Assembly: GCF_001194135.2 (NCBI RefSeq)
Contig: NC_069000.1
Span: forward strand, 6,500,582-6,564,581
Direction: 5' to 3'
Length of the DNA: 64,000 nucleotides
Source of the DNA: Octopus bimaculoides
Taxonomy: Eukaryota
Below are positions 1-10,622 of the stretch, piece after piece (the first letter of the stretch is position 1; every line of letters begins with the position of its first letter). Both the position numbers and the translations under genes were made by a program. Below the pieces are notes generated by a model, which was not told the origin of the DNA, made no database searches, and was given only the letters and a program-made list of their open reading frames with translations.

Positions 1-2
1 TA

Positions 3-165
3 TATAGGCGCAGGCGTGGCTGTGTGGTAAGAAAACTGCTTCCCAACCACATGGTTCCGGGTTGGGTTAAGGTTCCACCTTGGGCAAGTGTCTTCTGTCT
101 TGGGCCAACCAAAGCCTTGTGAGTGGATATAGTAGATGGAAACTGAAAGAAGCCGGTCGTATACA
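3..165 (+). mobile_element. SINE family A (tRNA-like head, CORE-like ccttgggcaagtgtcttc), 5' part
   Basis: taggcgcaggcgtggctgtgtggtaag head. The same sequence recurs about 20 times in both orientations. Confidence 0.8.
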
Positions 166-436
166 TATATATATGTCGAAACGCCGGTGTTAAAACGTGG
201 GTAGCTGATGAAGTAGAATGTTCTCTATGTGGCTCGTGTGTTCTCGTCTACGTTTGTTTGCAATGTCCTGTACCCAGATATGCACCTATACATACAGGTG
301 GATGTCGGTATGCACATACCTGTANNNNNNNNNNGTTTGTTTGCAATGTCCTGTACCCAGATATGCACCTATACATACAGGTGGATGTCGGTATGCACAT
401 ACCTGTACGTATATATGCATATACTCATTTACTTTT

Positions 437-477
<41 letters not shown>

Positions 478-949
478 TATATCGCATACACAAATCCACC
501 CACAGACATGTACAAGATGTTGGGTGGGTGTGATATGTGTAATGATGATGATGATGATGGTGGCAATAAATAAATAAGGTTGTACTCCAACATGTCATTT
601 AGTCAATGACATCCCATCCCCCGCCCTAACGCTTCATACTCATTTCTCCTCCCTAAAATTATCGAGGTCACAAATTGCATTTGACAAGTCAACACACACA
701 CACAGATAGATGTAAACAAAATTGAGTAGATTAGCGATTAAAGTCACTTCCTGACATAATTTCTAAAGCAATAAAAATGCTGGGTTTGTTTTTTAATAAA
801 TTATTTTTATCTTCACCAATCAGAATAATAATAATAAGAAGAAGAAGAAGAATTACTATTACCCCCACACAAACTGTCCTTGTAATGCCCCCTCAACCCC
901 TCCACATCTGCTACTGTGGTAAATAAAAGAAATTATTAACTTTCTCAAG

Positions 950-1300
950 TTTTACTTGAAAAGGAAAGTGCGGGCAGAGAGGGAAGAGCTGTCTCCCAGC
1001 AATTTTGTTAAAAGGTGGATGAGTGTAGCATGAATGGCCAGAGTGAACAGACCAACTCTTAGCATGCGCCTGTAGATCGAGGGTAGATGAAGTGGAGAGA
1101 GCACTTGCCCTAGAGATCAGGGTGATTGTGGTTTTGTGGGGTTTCCACGAGCAGCCCTCGGATGCCTTCCTCTTTTGGGGTTCTATTTGTTATAATTTTT
1201 TGTTATTACCTTTTTTACACAATTAAATCCCACTCTTTTTGTGTTGTCCTGTGCTGTCCCCAATCTTTTATACAAACCCCTAGAATGATTTAGTGCATTT
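950..1300 (+). mobile_element. 3' end of an L1/Tx1-like LINE
   Basis: Translates LKRKVRAEREELSPSNFVKRWMSVA*MARVNRPTLSMRL*, a LINE ORF2-like C-terminus by recall, followed by a UTR-like tail. Confidence 0.45.
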
Positions 1301-1543
1301 ATATATATACGTATGGCTCCACAACCAGTGTGCCACGAGACTACGCTAGGCGTGCCGCAGTGTAATCTGAATATGATTTTCCTCTTTATACTTTTAGTTA
1401 TATTTCAGGTGTGCTACTACTGAATTTTGATAAGAATACAAGTGTACTGCAAGTGATAAAAGGCTGCAGAGCACTGATCTAGTGTGATGGTGTGTTATGT
1501 CATCTTGTTAATTATGCAGATAGGAAATTGATTACCAAGCAGC

Positions 1544-1613
<70 letters not shown>

Positions 1614-1650
1614 AAGATATAATATATATATCATATACATATTATATATC

Positions 1651-1681
<31 letters not shown>

Positions 1682-2639
1682 CATATATTTATATATCTAA
1701 AGAATAAGGAGAAAATGAAGAGATAATTAATGTCATATTTTATAATTAATAAATAATATTTTATTAATTACCTCTCCATTTTCTCCTTATTCTTTAAATA
1801 TATAAATATATGAACCATAATTTATATGGTTACCTTATAGTTGAACTTTCTATGGATTGGTAAGTAACCAATATTTTCATTGAGTTTATTATCCCTCAAT
1901 GAGGTTTATAACCTTTACTTGAATATATATATTCAGATACATACATACACACACATCTATATATATAATTATATATAAATACACACACACACACACAGAC
2001 TGAATGCCAGAAAGAAGGATAGACAGACATTTGTAAACAGATAATACTGGCAGATAGATGAACAGACAGACACACACACAACCACATAAAATCAAAAGCC
2101 AGCCATTAAATTGTTTCATCTTTTCATATCCTAGAAATACCGGCATTTGCTGCTTTAAGTGATAAACAAATTATAATTAATAACCTGTAAGTAAACTTTA
2201 TTCTTATCCATACATGTGTGTGTGTATGTGTGTGTGTGTGTGTGTGTGTGCACACGTGAGTGCATGCATGTTTGTATGTGTGTATATTTGAAGCTAACTC
2301 TTCACTACAAAGTGGGATGAAACCTCAGTATTTGCTATATGTACATGTATATGTATCATCATCATCATCGTTTAATGTCCGCTTTCCATGCTAGCATGGG
2401 TTGGACGGTTTGACTGGGGACTGGTGAGCCAGATGGCTGCACCAGGCTCCAATCTGATCCGGCAGAGTTTCTACAGTTGGATGCCCTTCTTAACGCCAAC
2501 CACTACGAGAGTGTAGTGGGCGCTTTTACGTGCCACTGGCATGAGGGCCAGTCAGGCAGTACTGGCAACAGCCATGCTCAAATGGTGTTTTTATGTGTCA
2601 CCTGCATGCGCATGTGTATGTGCTCAATTTTCACAATTG

Positions 2640-3480
2640 AATGAAGGGTCTTGACAGTGTGGGATGAAAAGGATTATGGACCTTACTCAAAAGATATAGG
2701 TATCCAGACAGCTTTGTGATAATAGGTAGCTCCAAGAAGGTTCGTTTTCTGCAATCTTTCTTGGGAGTGACAGCTCAGCCGCCTCTCCAGTCTGCCATGG
2801 TGTAAAGCAGGATTGTGTACAAGTTCCAGCACTATTTGCTTTCCCTCTGGGTACCATGTTTGAAATCATGGCATACGACCTGCTAAAGAAGGACGGTAGT
2901 ATGTTGTTGAACCTATCTGGGCAAAGATTCACCATAAAGTACCATGATAGCTGCATTTGTAGACTTCTTTTCACTGATGACTCATCGTGAATACTTCATC
3001 TGGTGGAAGATATTCAGAAAACTACATACCCTTTTTTCAATGTGCAGACACAGAATTTTCTACCTATCAATAAAGTGAAGAGAGGGGGAAAAAAACAAAC
3101 AAAAACTGAAGTTTTGTTCCAACCTCCACTCAGAGCACTGTTCCAAGTTTTGTTCCAACCTCCACTCAGAGCAACCACTACTTTCACTAATCATCCCCTA
3201 TGTTTGACAAGGAAATTTACATATTTAGGCTTTACTATTTCTGACAACAATAGCCTGGAGGCAGAGTTGGATCAACACAGTCAGCTGAATAGGCTACAAG
3301 GAAGCTCAAAAAATCAACTGCTGCAACAACGAGGTACAGGACTGTCAACCAAGATACAAGGTTTACCAGTCAGCAGAGCAATTCTGATTGTTGTGTTCTG
3401 CAGAAACTGACACTGTATCAACAACACAAATCTGATGAGCTACCAGATGCACCAACTGCAGTCAATAATGGACATATTTG
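2640..3480 (+). pseudogene. Decayed RTE-clade (BovB-like) LINE reverse transcriptase fragment
   Basis: Frameshifted translations GVKQDCVQVPALF, RLLFTDD, KTEVLFQP, KFTYLGFTISDNNSLEAE and GLSTKIQ match RTE RT motifs (GVKQGCVLAPTLF, LLFADD, F.YLGS). Internal stops and a ~36-bp local duplication at about 3111-3175. Confidence 0.85.
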
Positions 3481-5464
3481 GCAAAAATGGACATAAAGGC
3501 AGCAAACTAGCTGAATCATTAGCACGCCAGGCAAAATACTAAGCAGCTAATCAATCATTATGTTCTGAGTTCAAATTCCACTGAGGTTGATTTTGCCTTT
3601 CATAATTTCATAGGGCTGTGAGCATGCCGGACCACTGCCTTATAGTGGATGCACATCTTGGACATTATGGTACTAAGTATTTAAAAAGAAAGGATAGTCA
3701 CAACTAGAAAAACCTTTGATCCTGGGTATACTGAATTAGGCCCAAGCTGGGGCTGACAATTATAATAACAATAAATACAAACACCAAAGTTGTTTCTACA
3801 GAAATAACTGATTCTAAGAGCCTTGACATGGTATTTTCTTTGCCACCAAATGGCATAATTTTACCAGCTTTGTGAACCTCGTTACTCGTGAAGACTGAGT
3901 AATGTCTTTCTGGTCATATTGCAAGAATGAAGAACACACGTCTTTAAGTGATAGAATTTTAAAACAATAAATCTTTATAGGGGCTCCAACAATGACAGGG
4001 GAGAGCAGCAGGGTGGTAAGAGAGGTATCCTCAAACAAGGGAAACGTCTCAAATGTCTGCAAGAGAGAAGGTGCTGCTAAGGTACCTAACGTACTGGGGA
4101 GGGGTGGGGGTGTCAAACCGGGCAATGGGTTATGTCTACTCCTACCACTACCTCACCAAGTAGGTTGTGACAAGATTTGAACTTGGAATGCAATCAGCCA
4201 GGAACATACACCAACAGTCACCTGGAGTCCAATGTTCTTACAGTTCAACCAACTCACTTTTTTGGATTGGTACTTTTTTTTTTATTGTTCAGTTGGAGCC
4301 ATGCAAGCATGGAAAAATGGATGTTAAAACGATAATGATTAAAGGCAAAGTTGTTCCCTAGATTAACTCCGTTCTGATATACTGATGATTAAAAGTGTTC
4401 CACTTACGACCATCCTATCTTATTTTCAGACAATGTATCCAATATTATATTAGCCAACGTATACTTCAATTTTTCTCAAATCAAAGTGTGACTGGCGGCA
4501 GTCGTAGTGGGCAGAGATTTGGCTGTTGTTTCTAGCAGGTCGAGCACCCACGTTGTCACATCAAGGATCCATTTTCTTTATATGCAGGAATGGGAGAAGG
4601 TGGATAGGAAATGTCATAATGAAAAAAAGGAAAGTCTTAAGTGACCACGTTGGCGCTTTCATAATGCAGTCAAGAATAATTCTTAATTACATTTTGGAAT
4701 CAAGACGACCGATTTTTAGTGAAACTAAACACAGGTCAAGGTCGACAGATGGCGCTAACGTGCAACATAAATTAGCAACAGCAACATCAGAATGTAGAGA
4801 AGGAACATCGACGAAAATACAGCGAAATTTGATTTTTTTTAAAAATCATTCTACGCCAGAAAAAACGCTTCAAGATGTATGTGTCTGGTGTGAGAAACAT
4901 GGAAATAGAATGTATATAATATTACAATATTTCAGCGATCGATCGAGCCATTCTGGAATCCAGGACATCACACATACACACAGTTATCTCCCTTGACAGT
5001 TCATCCCATGATGTCATGGAGACGAAAGAATATTTATGGAAAAAAAAAAAATTCCTTTCTCCTTACATGTCAATAGATGAATTATTAAATCGGCTCAACG
5101 TAAAAAAGCAAACAAGCAAATAAAGTAGACATACACATGCACACAGATCGAAATCCATTTATGAGAGAGAAAGAGAGGCGATGAACGTTGTCATTCAATC
5201 TGAATGGTGATAAAAAAAAAACCGTCTGAACAGGATGTTTCTTTTTTTGAAGTTGTTAGAAACGAAAGAGGTCAATATAAACAGAGACATCTAAAAAGCC
5301 CACGGCTAATTTGTTGGGACAGGTCCCGCCTCCAAGTAACTGGCGCACGGAACTATAGACGTAGAAGTAAAAACAAGATAAGTCGCGCACGCACTCGTAT
5401 CATATACACTTGCGCACAAAACACCTGACCACACGATTCAATAAGGGAGCCTTTAAGTAGTCAG

Positions 5465-5720
5465 ATGACCTGCTAGAAACAGCAGCGGGATCTCTCTCCC
5501 ATATCACATCCTATTATCTCAAAAAGGAGGGACACGTTCGATAATGTAATCTTGGTAACACTACGTCTGAAAATAAAAGACAAGATGGTTACGGTGAGAA
5601 AGCTATTGATTAGAGGTCTAGCTTCTCAACTGACTGTATAGCTGCAAAACCTTTGATCCAGGTTGATCTGAAGCAAATCAACAGGGAAGGACACATTAGT
5701 AATGCAGTCTCAGATACACT
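5465..5720 (+). repeat. Family C interspersed repeat (ctgctagaaatagcagcc...ggatggtcac...gctgacctgggg (AAC)n); more than 12 copies, some tandem
   Basis: Recurs at about 4335(-), 10660(-), 11060, 13050, 13220, 17230(-), 37470-37750 and 50160-50470. Confidence 0.7.
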
Positions 5721-6035
5721 ATGTGTCAAAATATATATCGAGGTGGTCAGAGACGGAACACTTGCCTGTCGTACTGGGGCTGACCCTTCTTCTCAGATCC
5801 CTCTTCTCATATTTTAAACCCTGATCTTCTAGCATAAAGCAACCACTCTTGAGATTCATAGGCTTACAAGCTGCATGGCAAACTCATATTACTGATAGCA
5901 TGAAAAAGGGCAACCAGTACATTCTATAAAGTGGTTGGCATTATAAGAGCATCCAATCCTAGAAACCATACCTGAGTAGATACAGGAACATGACACAGTC
6001 CTTGGACCTATCAGATCCTGTTAAACCATCTAAAC

Positions 6036-6265
6036 CAAGTGGTTCTCAGCCAGGATCCATATAAGATTTTTTTTGTAAAAACTTATTTGCAGTAAAATTA
6101 GTTATACTACTACTACTATACACAAAACAATTTTTTTTAATACAATTTTTAATAATATTCAGTTATATGATAGGATTTTTTAAACATCAAGTGCTTATGA
6201 GGGCCCATCTGAGGAAAATAGGAACCAAAAGGATACGTAGGTGTAAAAATGGTTGAGAACCACTG
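6036..6265. mobile_element. hAT (Charlie-like) MITE nested in a family-B repeat
   Basis: TIRs caagtggttctcagcc / ggttgagaaccactg and near-identical 8-bp TSD atctaaac/atctaacc. The host repeat resumes on the far side. Confidence 0.8.
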
Positions 6266-6649
6266 ATCTAACCTATGCCAATATGGAACATGAACATTTG
6301 AAGATGATGAAAACACATACCAAAGGACTTGTAATCATCCTTAGGAAAGCTCTCTTGGAATTCATATCCCAATCTGTAAACCACTCACAGCAACAAGTTC
6401 ATACCACCCACCATGTATAATGAATGTTATTTTTGCTGTAATGAAAATATCAAAGGTGTTCCAGCTACACTCACTCTGCCTTCATTTATTTTTATTTGTT
6501 GTAAACACTAATTGTTTCAAACTACATTGTCAAATGTGTCCCTTTGTTTTGAGGAGAGAAAAGGTTACAATGTGAAAGGAATTAGATTGTTTCTAGAAGG
6601 TTGAGTGACTGTATAAAGGGTCTCTCATTGGCTTGTATTTAGTTGGGTC

Positions 6650-7010
6650 TATTTACAATGTGCCCCTATAATACTAATCACATGCCCTGGCAATATCAAT
6701 CATAAGGAATAGCACCCTTCAAATATAACATAACATTCCCTCATAATACTAAACACACAACACAGAGTCCCACAAATGTAACACAATGTGTCCCTATAAT
6801 ACACAACAAAGACACCAAACCCTACAAATAGTACTAACCATTTGGAATAACGCCACACAAATACAACATAATGAGCCCCTACAATAGTAATAACATGACA
6901 CTGAGCCCTTCACATACAAAACAGTTGCCCTTATAATACTAAGCAGACAACACTAGGCCCTAAAAACACAATGTGCCCCTATAGTTACTAATCATGTGAC
7001 ATAAGAGCAC
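6650..7010. repeat. Degenerate ~55-60-bp tandem repeat (acaatgtgcccctataatactaa core)
   Basis: The core recurs at least five times. Confidence 0.55.
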
Positions 7011-8361
7011 ACTAGCATGATAGTGCCTTCTGACACTAAAACATGTCACTACTAGATATTGGTAGACCGACATTACACACTAAATATGTTCATAGCATAG
7101 CTGGCCAGTCACTGTTTTACTCATTTCTATAGAAATGAGTAAAAATAGTCAACATCCGTTAATGTAAGTGTTATCAAAGTAAAACCATTGTGAGTATGGA
7201 AGTAATTTTAAAAATATAAACTAGCCACAGAGCTGTATTGTTTAATGTGCATACATACATCTGTGTGTGAGAGTGTATATGTGTATGTATATATATAGAC
7301 ACATATACACATATGTCTAGTACTAGTACATCTGAAGAGAGTACGTGAGTGGTGAGGAAGGGAAGACAAAAATGAAAGTAGTTTTTTATTCATTTATTTA
7401 TTTTTTTTTTTTTTTACTCCCAATTTAATTCTGTCAACTGGAATACTGGAATGTCGTTCTAACATGAATGGATGAATGGAGGAATGAATGAATAGATGAA
7501 TGGCAGAATGTCTGATTATCTTTTACCTTTAACTTGGAGGGTTTAGTCAAACAAATTGACTCCAGTGCTTATTTTTAAAGCCTGATACTTCATTATATTC
7601 ATCTCTTTTGTTGAACTGCTACATTATGGGGATGTAAATAAACTAACACTGGTTATTAAGTGTAAGTGGGACACACACACATGGTTTCAAACTATATCAC
7701 ACAGCCATACCTACATTCTGAGTTCAAATCCCACCAAGTTCAACTTTACTCTTCATTCCTTCAAGGACTAAATGAGCCACTGGAGTCAATGTAATTGACT
7801 AGCCTCTGCCCTCACCCACCCCTGGCCCGGCCCCACCAAAATTTCAGGCCTCATGCCAAAGTAGGAGAGAATTAGTATTATTATAAGCCATAACTACAGA
7901 AGCACGTGCCACACCCCCACCCCCACCCAATTTGTTTCATCATAATTCTCTGAAGAATATTTTTTAATAAAATCTCCAGCAAAAATGTTTCAGATGATAT
8001 GCATAATGATTATAAAAATATTTGCTTTGGAACATCCTTTCAGGGGATCAAGGAAGGACCATACCAGTATCTCTGGAAAATTTCATCTTTTAAAAAACTG
8101 TTCACTTAAAGTCAAGACATGTGAAATGTTCATCCCCCACCCCCCACCACCATCACATTAAATTCCAATATAATCATAATCTATACTACCTGAAAAATAT
8201 TTNNNNNNNNNNNNNNNNNNNNNNNNNNNNNNNNNNNNNNNNNNNNNNNNNNNNNNNNNNNNNNNNNNNNNNNNNNNNNNNNNNNNNNNNNNNNNNNNNN
8301 NNNNNNNNNNNNNNNNNNNNNNNNNNNNNNNNNNNNNNNNNNNNNNNNNNNNNNNNNNNNN

Positions 8362-8500
8362 TTAAAAGTTCTGAATAAAAGCTTCCACCAAACCTTGGTC
8401 ACAAATATATTTTACTAAATTCTTTGTTATATTTAAAATTAATTGAAAGAAGCACAGAACATCTCAACAGAAATATAATTAATAACAAATGGGTTAATTG
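8362..8500 (-). mobile_element. Second TTAA-flanked MITE family, partial; related piece at about 21340-21490
   Basis: Ends in aaatgggttaa. Internal similarity in opposite orientation to 21340-21490. Confidence 0.5.
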
Positions 8501-9233
8501 ATGCCCTGCCTGACTGACACAGGAGTCCCATGACTGTCAGTAAGGTCATGAAAGCCCCATATTCCTCCTACCGTGGGAAGGGGAGGGGCAGGTGAGAGGA
8601 AGTATATATTAAGTCAGAATGCAAATCAACAGTCAATTTCTTTGGTTTTGTATTCAAAAGAGACTGATTACATTATATAACTGCCATTCAACATGAGTGG
8701 GAGGGTGAGTTCGATCTGTTTTATTTTGGGTATAAATAGAGGTAGCAGTGGTGGTGGTGGTGGTACTTCAGTCCCAGAGCAACCCTGACTGCAGAAAGAC
8801 CTAACATCAATGAAATCTCTCGTCTTTTTTATATACATTAAGGACTGATGTAGCTCTCATTTTTTTTTTTACAAAGCATAAATTTAGAGGAGATTTAGCT
8901 GCTATGTCTATTAGATAGAACAAGAAGTTAATTTAAATAACATATTTATATTTATATGTAAAGAAAAATGATAAAATTATGTCGACCTCGGTGAGTAATG
9001 CTTAAAATATTGGATTTTAAAACATATAATTCTGCTGTGACAACATGTGTATATCCCCACTCACCTTACATCATAATTGATCACACAAATTCGATTTCTA
9101 AGATTAAAAAAAACTCAATATCATAGTTAACAATAAATAAAAAAATTTTTTTAAAATATAACAGATGCAATGGCGATCAGTGACATTCTTCAATCACAAC
9201 TGCTGATGCATCCTGCACCCCGCATACCACACT

Positions 9234-9277
<44 letters not shown>

Positions 9278-9888
9278 TTACTACAGAATATAACCTTGAA
9301 CTTGATGTATACACTAACAAAGCATTCTTACACACACACGAGACAGTAAGCATTTAGTAGGGTTTCATATTTCTAATATAGTGAGCTGGGGGGAAAAAAA
9401 TTGAGATTATCCGTGCAATTAGCAGACAAAAACTCCCTCTGAAAATGCTTAGAACCTTCTCAAAAAAAAAAAAAAAAAAAAAAAAGGAAGATAACTTCAA
9501 TATATCAGCCAGCTAAAAATTTTGGGCAAATAAATTGATGGAGATCCAAGTAGAGGTTTTTAAAACCAATAGATGATGAAAGCAACAAAGAAGTTTCAGT
9601 CTAGTTAGATCTCATCAGCTAAACACATTGTATTCTCTACTGTCATAAGGTAACATCTGATGACTGTGAAATTTATCTTTTCATACTTGGATGCATATGA
9701 CCATATAGATTTCCAACATACAGGATGGATGTTGGAAATCTATATGATTATATGCTTCTGAGGAGAGCGGTTTATTTCAAATTGATGTAACGTTTGCATT
9801 GATCGATTAAATGGAACCGTTTGAAACGGCCGCAATGCACTGATACTTGGACATACTTGTTACTTATTTGCTTATATATATATATATA

Positions 9889-9926
<38 letters not shown>

Positions 9927-10033
9927 GATTCACACATGAACAAGCAAGAAAAAACACGGAAAAACAACAACGCAAGGACGTGGAATAAGTACAGTGTTAT
10001 TGGACGCTCAGGAAAGGAAAGAAAAGAAAGAGG

Positions 10034-10068
10034 ATTTAACGTTTCGAGTGGAGCTCTTCGTCAGAAAT
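10034..10068 (-). ncRNA. Minimal type I hammerhead ribozyme motif inside a ~200-bp repeat (about 9925-10140)
   Basis: Minus strand: attt-CTGACGA-a-GAGC tcc ACTC-GAAAC-GTT-aaat. CUGANGA and GAAA cores are intact, stem I is 4 bp, stem II has one C/A mismatch attributable to CpG decay, and stem III is the palindrome ACGT. Confidence 0.75.
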
Positions 10069-10570
10069 ATAGAAAAAGTCCAAAGAAGGGAAGACGGAGA
10101 AAGAAAATCGCCAACGATACACACGCGGTCACATATTGGAATGTTAAATGATGATGATGTCCCTTGCAATTAATTAATCAGTTACACCATTTAGCTACTA
10201 ATAAGCAAGCTAACAATGATATAATTTGGGGGCAGGTTTTATTCCAGTTGAGTAACAACATTGTCTCTGAATGCGAATGCAAATTAGATTATAATTTTAC
10301 AATATGTCACAAATATATTTGAAATACATAAATTATTCTAATATTTAACCAACCTCTTCACACTTGGTTTCATTGGTAGATGACCAATGAAGCCAAATGC
10401 TAATATAGTCCATTTGATTATATAATAGTTAATAAGCTAATCAGAGAAAACATTTAACAATTCTCCAGGATTCATAGAGAAAACATACGACACATTGAAT
10501 CACATCTGCTTTTCTATGGTAAACATTTTGCATATGGAAAATAATAAACATTTTCCTCTCTCTCTGTATG

Positions 10571-10622
<52 letters not shown>

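Noticed and set aside
245-415. ~80-bp direct repeat around a 10-N gap; the same pattern occurs at 34645-34850
   Set aside because: Identical sequence on both sides of a gap indicates unmerged contig overlap.
4526-4996. 156-aa ORF
   Set aside because: Starts inside family C repeat; no recognisable motif.
5204-5260. PSEQDV resembling the next Gs exon junction
   Set aside because: Wrong strand, no splice sites, no flanking similarity.
6325-6377. 53-bp minus-strand ag...gtatgt exon-like segment
   Set aside because: No frame resembles Galpha-s or any protein I recognise.
6650-7010. Regularly spaced repeats here and at 30340-30520 and 41339-41507 as CRISPR arrays
   Set aside because: Eukaryotic intron, degenerate tandem units, no unique spacers or cas genes.
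9652-9680. CTGATGA-ctgt-GAAA on the plus strand
   Set aside because: No stem II or stem I pairing.
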